From positions 186,001-250,000 of the forward strand of contig JBLDXI010000001.1 of the NCBI GenBank assembly GCA_047495785.1: DNA of 64,000 bases. Direction: 5' to 3'. Of this stretch, positions 1 to 13,200 are shown piece after piece. Made by a program: the position numbers and the translations under genes. How positions within the stretch are numbered: position 1 is the first letter of the stretch; each line of letters begins with the position of its first letter. This DNA is from Lepidodermella squamata. Lineage: Eukaryota; Animalia; Gastrotricha. The notes beneath the pieces were generated by a model that saw nothing but the letters and a program-made list of their open reading frames with translations, did not search any database and was not told where the DNA came from.

Positions 1-3000
1 AAAGGCGCGGCCTGTTCAAAAATAATGGACGATTTGGTCCGGCGTGGGCAGAAAGACACAGAGGGAGAGGCAGAGAGAGAAGACGTACAAATGTGTTTTC
101 AACAAAAAGACGCGCGTTTATTGAAAAAGCAGCACGAGCCGGCGATGCGCGCGGCAGCTCGATCAATTTTGTAAAACAAGCGGCCAAGTGCGCCGAGACA
201 GCAGGTGACAAAGAAGCCTGGCGGTGAGACGCGTCGACGTCTAAAAAGAACACACCCCGCGATGTATTGTTGTCCGGCGGTTCGGTGTTGCGCCTTCATT
301 GACAGCCGCTGTGGTTTTGTAATTGCTTTACTACTATACTGCTATCGAGATAGCCACAAGTGACACGCGTACGCACTAGCGATTTTACAGCAGCTATCAT
401 AGTCATCGCCATAAATGCATCATTTATTGCGCGGTTGTGATGCGTCTCGTTGATCTTTGCAAAATCATGGGTGTCAGCCAGATTTGTGGCAACAAGCTCG
501 AGTTGGCCGGCGCGCGCCAACAATATTCGGGCCATCGACGACGAAGACGACGCGCTAATCACTCGGCTGTTTGTTTAAATAAATATTAAGATGACGCGGG
601 CTCGGTGTGTTGACGCGCAAGTGCGAGGTGACGGGGGTGAGTTCGGGAGAAGCGCGCGGGTATGGTGTTTAAATAATGCAGCCGTACAACGTTGATAGCA
701 GCCCCCGATTGATCGGGTTGCACACGGCGATGATAGCCCGGCTGACCGGCACCTCGCCTCTCACACCACTGTGACAGGCTAATTTTTACAGTCCTAACCG
801 GCTTTGTTGTTCCACAGCAGCGTCGCAGAAGACGCTTAGCTGCCAATTATCTACATTGGCACACCTGTGCGGCGAATACGTCACTTCCTACATCTAGCCT
901 AGCTGGTCCGGAAAAGCGCGCGTAAATGGAACGACTGAAGCGCCTTCAATAATAGATTAGCAAAATACAAGCGAAATTCACTGTGCTTTCGTGAATTTTG
1001 TCTGAAAAACTAGAATCATGCATGATTGAGTTGAGCTGAGTCTTAGTTGTTAAAACTCATGATTTTCCTAAATCATATCGCTCTTTCGAGCTGATAAAAC
1101 TAGCTCACACTAGGGCGTACTTGTATAGGCAACATCTTCAAAGCTAGTGCCAACTTAAATCACGCAATCCGACCTGAACATAGCGTCGCACCGCTTCGCC
1201 CCTAATTGGGAAAACGCCTTCGAGATGAGGCGAATTTCAGCATTTCTCCGAGTCATTACGTGCGAATATGCCCAAGGACTAGTAGTAAATTTTTAGCAAC
1301 ATTGCTATCATGGGTATGGATCGCCTTGGGTCATCACCAAGACTCGAGGCTCTGGGAATAACTCTGGGAATAAATCTTCAAGACTTTCTTGGGAGCAATG
1401 AGGGCTAATCCCGGTGAACATTGACAGACGTTTCTCTCAGCGGTAACATAAGCCGTTAAAAAACCAAACAGTAATTCCGGCACTTGTGAAGCTCTTTAAT
1501 TAATTCATGCTTAATTGAAAACGTGAAAAGACAGGAATGAAAATAATGCTGCGGCTTATCACTTTTAGCAAGGCCGGTCAACGACCAATTATTTTCGGCC
1601 CGAAAAAACAAAAGAGCTACTACGCTGTATAACTAATTATTACGATCGTCTGTTTGATGATGGCAAAAGTGATGATAGCGGAACATTATTTCTTAAGGTA
1701 ATATAACGCGGCGTATAATTTTGTCGCGCGTAATTTGGCGACACGCTCGCTGGGTCTTTAGCGTTCTGTTATTGTTTTTGCAAATGTTGAAAATATTAAT
1801 CGCAATAAGCGCCACATTAAAAATGTTGTAACGGCCAAGACGGCGAAACATTTTTATTTGACTAAATATGCAACATTTTGTTAGCGATGATGATGATGAT
1901 GATGATCTGCTGTTGGCAACCGCCTGGCGCCATCTAAACGTTGGCGGCGCTTTATTGCGTTAACCTGAGTATAAAATTCAGAAGTCGCATTTTGCGGTCT
2001 TGCTACAAACGAGGAGAACAAAGCAAAGTCAGGTTCTAATACCTAGAACACGAAAAACAATGCGCCGACGAATTACGCGTCGGAAAGCGCGAACAGGAAA
2101 AAGTTCAATTTTTCATCCTGTGTTGCAAATGAATTATGCATAAAAATTAATTGCTACAATGATCCCGCTATGAATCGTAAGGGCTCATAGCAATAATTAC
2201 TATCGCCAAAAGTCATCTATAATAATAAGACGATAAAGTTATGTTTACCGCTTTTTATATAATTAAAGACGGTTTCAATCTATAACGCACCGTTGCGAGT
2301 TATTAAGATAAAAAATGCGAGGGACGTTAGAAGTAAATATTAATAGTAAATAATAATAACAATAATAATAATATCTCTTAGCGGCAATATTTTCGCAAAA
2401 ACATGCCGTAAACAGGTGAGTAATGGTTATGTATTCCGCTCACTCGGGTCCTGATGGTGTCCATCGTCACTTTCGGTAGTCGGCAGGTATAGCTTATTTT
2501 TAAATTTAGCGCAGGCGCCAGTCTTGCCGGGTCCGTTGTGTTAAAGTCGGTTCTGAACGAAAACAGTCAAAAGTGCCTGGGTAAACAGTAAATAATGAAT
2601 ATATTTCGTCGATGCGGTTAGTCTCGCTCGGGCACACGCTGGTCGTGCGACGGTCGACAAGAGGCTCACTGCCGAAGTGCATTAAATTTTTATTCACAGT
2701 AGTAGTGGTGGATCATGACAATTGGTCGGCCCTCGACGCCGCGTTTTATTAACGATACACAGTGGGGCCGTTTTCTTTCTAATCAAAACACTCAAGTACG
2801 GCGACGGCCTTTTTGTTAGTCAGTCAGTCGTTTGCGCGCACCCTGCGTCAGCCGGCGCAGTCACCCTGCGCATAGCCGCTGCGGTAATGGCACGTCAAAT
2901 GCAACAGAGTGTCGAGCAGTGAAGTCTTGCTTGGTGGTTGCCAATGCACACATATAGTAAACAGCACGTGGGCGATTTGCGGCGAAAAAGCCAAGGTGCG

Positions 3001-4195
3001 ACACTGCAGGTATGACTTTCGTCGACTATTCTTGGCCCCGTTTTTCGCCGTCATGTTGACAACCTGATAATAAAACAACAAAAACAGCGCGAAACATCAC
3101 GCTGGGAAAACGCGAGCATCGAAAGAACAAAAGAAGACAGTTTTCGGCAATATCTCTTTTTTATTATTTGTTGTATAAACAGGTGTTGCGCAGCCAGTCG
3201 CTGCTGCTGTGCTTCATTCACCACCTCATTAACAGCATCATCATCGTCATCATCGCAACTATTATTACTATTACTGTTATTTCATCTCAACAAATCGTAA
3301 CCATAATTATGCGGTCGACTATCAAAACTCCCGATGAGACATCAACATCAACGTCATTATTCGCATTTTTTTCGCTGTAGAAAAAACAACGAAACTCAAG
3401 TATATGTGTGACATGGTTTGGCGAATAAAATTTTTCGATCAATCATTCATGTTTTAATTATAGCTAGTTTGAATATTACAAAAAGAAGAAACAAGTCGGG
3501 TACAATAAACAAGAAGATATCGTTGCACCATATAATTTCTTGTACAATTGTATCGCTGATGATAAAAGCAGGTAAATATTACAACGTAAGATAATAATAT
3601 GTTTTGCATAGAGCTTATATAGTGTAGCGAAAGGTGAGATGCATGAAAAAAACCACGAAACATAAAAGGAGCTGTTTTGCGCAGATCGACGCGATCGAGG
3701 TCAAATCACCACAAAAGATGAGTGCATAGTGCGCCGATTTTTTTTCGTGTCATATAAGCATAATTGTCAGCAGGTATAGCACTAATATATTCGATTCGAT
3801 TCGAATAAAATAGAAGGTACAATAACATTATCGATCTCGACTTGTAAATTTCATCTCGACCAGCAGTCTTGATTAGCCTTTCGCGTTCGATTTTTGATTC
3901 ATCATCACTTGGACAGGTGAAAAATAAATAGATGACTATAATGCATAATTATACATTAGGGTTCGTTCAGATTGTTGTAGTCGGCTTTGAAATGCAGTAA
4001 AAAGGAAGCACCGCTAAGATTATTTACATCAATGACTAAATAATGATTAGCTATGTGAATAGTATTGCTCTTTTGTATTCATCATCTTCGATTCGTAAAA
4101 CAGTAATAAGTAAGAAACATCGGAGACATGTTATATTAGCACCGCTCCTGTTGACTGATTAGAAAACTCTATACGCTGCTATAGGAAGATTCGAT

Positions 4196-7179
4196 TCATT
4201 CCTGGTCGACAGGCTCGACAATTACCATCGGCGCCTCGTCGTCCATCTCGGCAGGTTCCACGTCCATAACGGCGCCGGGCGAAGATGCGTGAGACGGCGC
4301 CATTTCGGCCGTACCACTCGCCGTTTCGATCATTTGCTCGGCCGAAGGCGGCGCCATCATCTCGCCCTCCTCGTCGCCACTATACATCATCATGGTTTGA
4401 AGCGCCGATTCTTGCTGGCTGTTCGCTGTTGCCATCATCAAATTCATCGTGGCATCGCCGTTTTCCGACGCCTCGCTCGGCTGCAGTTGCTGTTGTAGCA
4501 AACTGCGGTTCATCAACATTTCCAACCCAGACGAAGGTACAGCCAGCAATTCGCCACTTCGCGAGTAGGCAGGCCGTAGCGCGACGTAGCTGCCAGGTTT
4601 TCGCTCTTGCAATTTCAAGGTAAGAGTGATAGTAGTAGGCAGGGGCTTCTGCGCATCGCTATCGACGCCCGACTCGCCAGACGATGAATCACCTGTTGGC
4701 GTGGCTGGTTGGCGGCGTTTTTTAAGGTAGACACACAGTTGCTGCGGCCAGTCAAGTTCGGCTAAACCAGAATCGCTATCGGCGGCGACAATGGCGAATG
4801 TCGCGATTTCGTCTTCCGGGCTCGACGGCGACACGCCCTCGGCCTGCATAGCGTTGATGAGACGCTGCTGCGCCAGTTGCCGGCGCCGGCTGTGTCGCCG
4901 CAATTTGGCGACCTTGCCGCCCAACACCGGCAACTGTTGCGTTGGGTCTTGCTGGTCGGCACCGACAAGCACCGGAATGCCGTGGCAGAAGGCCATGTGG
5001 CGGCGGTAGACGACGGGCGAGAAGAAGCGCTTGCCGCACTCGGAGCAGCGGCTGCGGGCTGTTTCGATCTTTGGCGCGTCCAAAAGCCCAGGCACGCCGT
5101 CCTTTTCGTTGCCGAATAACGGCAGGGTCGAAAGCCAGTCGTTGCCAGGCAAAGACGGCGTACCATCAACGCCGTTACCGTTGTTACTCGGCTTCTTCTT
5201 CGAACTAGGCGCATCATTCGGCCTGGACTCATCCTTGATACCGTGACGATTCTGCTTATGAGTTCGGAGGAAATATCTGAAATCAACAACAAAAATTAGT
5301 AAAAAAATCAAATCGTAATCTTAGAATATTCTTACTTATTGCACAATTCCTTGCCACAGATATCACAAGTAACGCGGCTGATGCTTGAGGTTTCCTTCCA
5401 GCGCCAACTGGCACCCGGGCGCCAGCCTGGGGGCGGCACACCTGGCGGCATGCCAGGCATTGGTGGAAGGTAGTTGGGGAAAGCTGCGCTCGCACTCGAT
5501 GGCATTCCGGTCGACGACGGGCTGCCGAAAGACTGGCGAGAGGTCGGCTGGGCAGTGGCCGCTGCGCCTCGGCGGACCGAAAGATCCATTCCTCCTGAAG
5601 ATGGTGTAGCCGGGGCCACTTTGTTACTAACAGCTGGAGATTGCGGGCGCAACAACGCTGACCCAGCGAAGAGGTTAGCGTCGTCAGATTTCGGTTCCAC
5701 CGGCTCGGCTTTCTTACCGCGGAACAACCCGGGCAGAGAATTGAGGAAATCAAGCGAGACTGGCATAGCGGCTGACGAGTTACCCGGCTCGTCGACGTTG
5801 AGGCCCGGAGTTGCGGACAGGTTGTGACTCGCACCACCGAAATTCGACGACGACATTGAAGGAGAGGGCGAGGCGGCCGGGTTTGGCATGGATGTTTTCT
5901 TGCTAGCTCCCGGCGGCGTCGGCTCGTTCGCCGGAGTTACGATGCCGTGAATTTTGAGCTTGTGCGACTTGAGAAAGTATTTGTTGCACACCTGCTTGTG
6001 GCAGATATCACATTCGACACGATCAGCCATACGCGCCGCCACCGTGCTTCGCATCAGCGAATCGGCCGGCTTAGAACCGTCCGCCAACAACCCGTCTTCG
6101 AAGCCTAGCATCGGTAGGTGGTTCGTTGGCCCGTTGTCACCTCCGTCCCACTCGTTTGCTTCATTACGAGCACCGTCCGGCTGAGGCGAAGAGCGATCCG
6201 ACGACGATGGCGGCGTAGGGTTCGAACGACCCGACGCAACTCCGGCTGGGGATGGCGCAGCTGGGGTCGACGCCGCAGCAGCAGCAGCAGCGGCGGCATT
6301 TCCATTAGTATACGCTTGAATGAGTTTCGCGATGGAATCCGCTGGTAACACGCCAGCCCAGGGGTTCGGCAAAAACATCGCCAACGCTGGGTTGAACGCC
6401 GGGTTCGAGTTGGTCAACGTTGTCGCCGTTGAGGAGGACGAACCTGTCGAACCAGGCATGAATAACGCTTGCGCCAACGCCGCCGCCGCATCGCCGTTGC
6501 TTGTATTACCATTCGTATTAGCCGGCTTCGAAACCGGAGCGACAGTAGCTGAGGGTTTCGCGCGAGGCTTCGAGATACCTTTCGCCGGCTTCGGCGACGC
6601 CACTGGTTGGTCGGGTAACACGACGCCATGTGAATCTTTCATGTGCTTCTGCAGTAAGGGTCGAGCGTTGAAGGACATATGGCATAGGGTGCACATGAAC
6701 GTGTCGCTGACGACCCCGGGCTTTCGGCTGTTATTTCCGCCACTGCCTGAAATGCGGCGTTTGCGATTTGCTGCGTCGACGTTGTTGTTATCATTGTGCG
6801 GCTTCATAGCCCCAGCCGCCTTGACGCACAAGTCGAGAACTGCCACCCCTGGGGCTGGCGCATTCTGGACAGGGCGTGGCTTCGGGGTGCGATTAACCGA
6901 CGACGAGGTGGCGGCTGGTGTGGGTGCTTTGGACAAATCTAGCACGTCAACACTGCCGGCGCCGTCGTTCTCCTCCGAAGCCATGGTCGCAGAGAATCTG
7001 ATTGGTTTCGTTTGTTTCCGGCGCTTATTTGCCGCCGCGGAGCCGCTGGAGGCAGACCCCGAACCGCCGTACACACCGTCGTCGTGCAGCATCTCGTCCT
7101 CATCCTCGACAGACGACGCCGAGCCAACAACGAGCTGCATAGGGCCGGCCAGCATCTGGTCTGTTGTCGAACTTGCCAT
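4196..7179 (-). CDS. Multi-C2H2 zinc-finger transcription factor, likely repressor (2 coding exons)
   Basis: ORFs 5332..7185 and 4196..5311 are joined by a 59-nt GT-AG intron (5277..5335), which restores CDICGKELCNK|YFLRTHKQNRHG. Other fingers: CTLCHMSFNARPLLQKHMKDSH, CDICHKQVCNKYFLKSHKLKIHG, CSECGKRFFSPVVYRRHMAFCHG. First ATG at 7179; a splice-acceptor-like site near 7240 suggests upstream exons. Confidence 0.88.
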
Positions 7180-7259
7180 CGGCACAGGCGATGAACTTGA
7201 GACCGTAATTTTTCAGTTGCAAAAAAACACAAATTGTCTAGAAATAAACCGGGAAAGGT

Positions 7260-10200
7260 TATAATAAAATTTCTAGAAAGACGGAGGGCGGGTGTATGAG
7301 TGAAAAGTCAACTCTTATCTCAGTTCAACTTGGCTTTTCAATAGTGCAAAAATTTTCGCTCGCTAAACATTGTATTATTAGCTCGCGGGTCTTGATAATG
7401 GTGGCGTGTTTAAAAAGTTGCACGAAATGTAGGTAAAAAACGCGCGCCAATCCTTTCAAATTAATCACCTTTTTTCTCAAAATTATAGCGAGATAAAACA
7501 CGGAAAGTTAGCAAATACGACTGCGATTAAGCACTCGTAACCCCTAAAGTGTTGTACATCGGACATGCATACAGAAAAAACTGCGTTTTGGCTTAATTTA
7601 AACAACACGTGTTTATAATTTTCGGCATTTTCGAAAAAAAATGGCAATAAATTTTCTGCTCAGTGTGGCGTTTTTTCTAAATTATTGCCTATAGCAGGTG
7701 TATTATTTTTAAAGCAGAGCAGATGTTTAAAAAAAATTCTTCAGCTGGATTTTGCATAATTTCACTTCTATTAGTAAAAAAAGCAAACCGAGCGGGAGAC
7801 ATTTTGCTTGACCGTTTTTCTTCGAGCGCATAAAATTACGGCCTTGCAAAACACTTCTCTCGAGCTGAGATTGCGAAGAGAAACGCATAAAAAAAAACGT
7901 TGTGTTTAGAGAAAATTTTGCGCGCTTGGCTGTAAAATCGTCCGCCATAAAACTTGCCCCGCAGTGTAAGGCGGTGTATAACATCGCTTGTAATAATAAT
8001 AATAAAAGTAAAATTATTAACTTGAAAAAGTAAACTATACTTTTTGCGATTAAAAAGGCTAAAAAATCGCATAAAATTAACGCCAACCTGTGACATGTGT
8101 TGAATTTGCTGAAATAAAATGAAGCGAGTTCATGCGCGTACAAAATATTATGTGACGCAGCGCGAAATAATTTCGAAAATATTATCGTGTTGTGCGAAAG
8201 CTAATAATAATCACCTGTTTTTGTTTGGTCGAAGATAACAAGTTGTAACGGTTTCTGAGATAAAATTCCTCGAAATTTGTGTTGAATTTTTATCAATTAT
8301 TTGAAAACAGGCGTAATTAATCGTAATCGCACGGCTATTTACAACAAATTTTCAACAAGCTCGCCTGTGTGAACACGCGCAGGCGCGCGATAAAAAGCAA
8401 AGACACTCGTTTTAATCTCGGATTTCGAAATGGTAATAAGTAAATGGTACTGTAGAGGTGAAAAAATTTGCATGCTGCCACGCGCAAATCTCGGAACAAT
8501 GCACTGCACTATTAACACGGCTAGCTGAGAAAAGCAAACAGCTATGAGCTATGGGCGAGTGTTTGAAAAAGGCGTGGGAAGTTAGGGCGCGCGCATGGAA
8601 AATTAACATTTTTTTCGGCAAAATGTAACAGACAACAATGAGGAAAATAATTAGCAGACGACGGTGATGGAAGACGTGGGCCGATTTTGACGAAGTATTA
8701 GAAACGGCAAATACGTGATATTTAATAATGCAAATCAAGGCCGACTGTAAAGTCTACCTTGAAATGTTGTTGTTGCTATAAATTTGGCCGTGTTTGTATT
8801 TGTTCAAAGCCATCTCGCAATAATAAACTATACATTAGCTGCGCACCGGTCACGGTAATAGATATCGGGCGTGGGGTGCGTAATACCACAATAAAGTAAG
8901 TTGTTGCGAATGAACGAGATTGCGCTGCGTTCGCTGGCTGTTTCTCAAGCAGTCGACTATTTACAGAATATATATAAATTTATGGTTTCAAGATTTATGC
9001 GCGTTCGGGTGTTTCACGGTATTAAAGTTGTGCGAACGGCTGGCAATGTGCGCCACGTCTCGGTATACGCAAATTATTAACAACGTAATAATATCAGCCG
9101 ATTGCCAAACCGCAATTGCAATTGCAGCGATCCGGGTTCATCTCGCGCGCCAACGCCAGCGCAGTAATTAAAGCTACGGGCGCGCGATTTGGCATGTAAC
9201 GCGCATGAACGGCGCACATGTCTACGCGATATGCGATATTATTACACATTATTTTATATCGCAGACGCGCGGCCAAATAGTTAAATTTGATAAGCACGCG
9301 GCGGGTGGGGCGGGATATTTCCGAAGTCAAGTCTCCGCTGAAACGCAGTAAGACGCCCGATGATGATTGCGGCTCAAGAAGTGCGAGAGCCAGTCAAATA
9401 TAAACAGCACATGCGCGTAGTTTCCACAGCCTTGCGTAACGTGTTTAAACTGAACCATCAAACGCCAACAAACGCTAGGCATATCGCGCACGCCCACCAC
9501 CCGGCTTCGATTTGAAACCGGGCCCTAAAATCCGGCCCTTAAAACCCGACTCGTCAAACATTACATGTTAGCTTTTCCGAGACAGCTCAGCAACTTCTGG
9601 CAAAATCAACTCTCGGTTAGGTAATTCTACACCACGCCAATAGCTCAGAACAAACTCGCAAAGAACTTATAGCCAACCGCGCGAACTCGCAATAAGTATA
9701 CTATTGCATACCGAAAATGCGATGATTAGACGATGATGAAAGGAAAAAATTGGAATCTGCGCTTGCCGTCAGCAGGTATTTTCACTGTACAGATGCGATA
9801 CATCTTATGCAAAGTTTTTCCTATTCATCATCTCGCTGTGCGGCAGAACAAGCGCGTGAAGTGCAATTATACTCCCTGACAGCTCATAAAAACGAACGAA
9901 ATTGATTGCGCATAGATCCGCGGCATTGAACACGCGTTTATATCGCATTTAACAAATAGGAAGAAGAAGCTACTACTGCGCCAAGCATTTGGCCGCCAGC
10001 GTTAACAGCAGAATGGGATTTTTCGTAAAATGCCCGGCAACGCACGGCGCTGCTGTCACGAAGCGGAGCAAAACGCTGGTGTTTGTTCAAATGCAAAGCC
10101 AAACCAGGGTTGAGATTGCTTCCCGATGGTACAAAAGGTAAGCGCGGGCAAACTTAGGGGTGGGTGCGAGATGAGCCTGTAATAAAGTCAACTGCGACGC

Positions 10201-13200
10201 GCTAAAACATTATTACGAGCGAAAAGTATGCGGATGAAGACGAAGAAGAAGGAGAAGTAAAGATAACAACGGGCAATGTCAAACATCAACAAAGCGCAGT
10301 CGAAGAGTCAACATGCGCGCGGAGATATGCAAGTCGCGGGCTTTAATATTGCCGTCATTATTGTACGATGGATGGCACCGAGTTCGCGCGAGCTGTGAAT
10401 GGCGGGCGGGCCGGGGTGGGTTTATACGGCGCGCGAAGAGTGCGCACGAATATTTATTCATTTATCGCGAAGAAACTGCAAGATCACGGTGGTAATAATA
10501 ATGATAATAATAAAATCAACAAAGCCGGGCTATGCAATGCGATGCAAGACTGCACGAGATGACAACGGAAGACGAGAGTTGGCCCGCCACGATTTGTCAA
10601 TAAACGCGAAAAGTCAAAGAACACACACACCACGCTCGCGCTCGCTCACGGGCGCGCTTTGAATGCAAAATGTTGTGCGCGCGCACACATAGCCGCCGCC
10701 GCCTTAAAACCCGACACCCGAACGGCACCAAGCCGCCATATACCGCATGGCAATGGCCATAATATTACCATCTTCGTAACACAGCGATGGCAAACACGTC
10801 GTCGTTGTCGCCGTGTTCACTTCTTGACGATCAAACTCATCCGGCAACTTCCGGCGCGCTCGCTCGATGAAGAACAAACAAACAAAGCAGAGCGAGAATG
10901 CAGACATTGTGAAAATGAGTTAATAATAACAATAACAGCGCCAAGACGATGATGAAAGCCGATGAACCCGCCCGCCAGTGACTTGAACAGACAACAAACC
11001 CTCGTAAAAGTCGGCGTAATAGTTGAGCAAAGAAATGTGACTTTTTGACGCTTTGCAACGCGCTGCCTATTAGCATTTCAGATTGTGTTATACGTGTTCG
11101 CCGGCTGTTTGCCCGCGCCAATCGCTGCTCGACGCCCGCATACCTCTCTATCTCGCGAGTATAAAATTTCAGCTCGCCTCCTCTCCATTACCACCGCACT
11201 CCGATGCCGACGAGTGAAACAAGTGCGAAATATATTACGGCAACAAGGTGCGGCTGAGTAAGAGCGAGCAGAGGCCAAGTCGTAAACGTCACATTAAAAA
11301 CTGCTCGCCCGAATTTAATACGCATCGGGCGCTGACAGGCAGCAGCTGAAACTTGATATGCTGCCTTTTTAATAAATAAATTATTTGAAAATAACGGGTT
11401 GTGTTTTAATGGCGCATTTCGCGCTATTTAATATTATATTATGATTTACACCACGAAAACTAAAAAAAAACTGAAAAACCCGAGCTCGGCCACAGCATGA
11501 AGAAGTGTATTATAGCCGAGAACATTTCGCATAAATTATTGCCAATTTGGGGCGTGTTTCAAGTATAGCTCATTAAAAAGACCCCCACCAGCCGCTAGCT
11601 AGCCCACCGCGTTCGCCTTTTCTTAAAATTATTAGTGAAATATTTTAGCGCGATCAGCAGCCTAAATGCGCGCGGCGAGTTTTTACTATTATATTACATC
11701 TCTAAACTAGACTTCGGACTTGTTTTTAATTAAAATACTATCCATACTGCAAAATATATATATTTCGTATAAGGCGCGCGCTGTGCATAATTTTACAAAC
11801 GTATAAAATTGCCTGTCGAGTTCATTTTATGGTATTAATTATAAGTTCATAAAACTCAAAATCACAAGCGGCTTTGTTTCAGAGAGTCAAACTTGAAAAT
11901 TTAATTCAACTTTAATTAAATTTTCCCATCCACTAGCGAGCACTTGGGCACGGGCGGCGCGCGAGTGTGCCGTGATTGCGCGCTGTGCATATCCTTGATT
12001 TCCAGAGGTGTATGAAAAAATTCGAATCACGAACGCAAAATGTAAAATGTTCGGCGATTATAAATAATCATCCAATATACTTCGTGCATATTCTATAACT
12101 TGAAATGCGCGCTATTACTGCTATTATTATTATTATTCCTATTTTCATTCATTCGGTGTTTTGCTTTTTAACTCGGCTGCGTCGACGGTGGTAAATTTCT
12201 TTTCGTTTTATAAAAGCGATGTTCCGCATTTTTGAAACCGGACTTTTCGGATCCATGAAAGAAAGCTTAAATATCGCATAGCTTTATTATTGTTTATTCA
12301 AATTATTATTATTATTATCATCGCTTCCATCAAGGTTGTATTACTGCGCTTGCTGCTCCTACTATGTATGTGTATGCGCTTATATCTCCATCTACCTTTA
12401 AACGCCCCGGCCGCGCCCCTCCCTTTAAATGCGCGTGCTATTCGCAAAAATCTGCGCGCCGTTTTAAAAATGATAATAATAACAGGCCACAGCATCAGAG
12501 GCGCGGATTCAAGCGTTCTGCATCCATGCATCGTCTTCATTTTTCTTAGTTTTCGAGAATTTATACGTGAGCTACGTGAGTAATCGCACGGCTTGCGCGC
12601 TCGCGGCTATAGAGACCGTACAAAAAGTCATCGTCCATTTAATCTGCTTACATTTAACGTTGGAAGATTTTTATAAATATTCATGGATTTCGCGAATAAA
12701 AACAATACTATGCCGTACACAGCCGGCGTGTGTGCAATCGATCAAGGATAAAAGCCTTAAAATACACATTTGAAGGGACTTTTAAGATATTACAACGCGG
12801 CTATACCTGGGCGGTTGAAAAATATGAAACAACTGAAATGGGTCTAATTGATTTATACTACCAAAGCCTCTGCACCGAATGAAAAGTTGAAAATTAACCT
12901 ATACAGCATCACATATAGAGGTATACCTACTGGCATTCCTACAAGGTAAATGAGGCAACAAAAGCGATTTTGCTTTTAGTCGGCATTCGGTTATTACCTA
13001 GGATGCAATTTCAGTTCATTTCGAGCACAATATGCACGTTGTTGCATGTCGATAAATAAAATAATATTAATGTGGCCCGCAATATCTGACAGCAGGCAGG
13101 CGAGCAGTTGAATTAATGTGAATGTGTAACATTTCGGTGAAAACTATTTGAAGACGTGTTCGGGAGTCGGAATTATAAAAGCAATAACAGAAGCAACAAC

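Noticed and set aside
1-4195. Short ORFs, a (GAT)n microsatellite near 1886 and isolated splice-like sites
   Set aside because: No coherent gene model; treated as 3'UTR/intergenic DNA of the zinc-finger gene.
6320-7264. 314-aa + strand ORF and other overlapping ORFs across the zinc-finger gene
   Set aside because: Antisense or alternative-frame shadows of a GC-rich exon.
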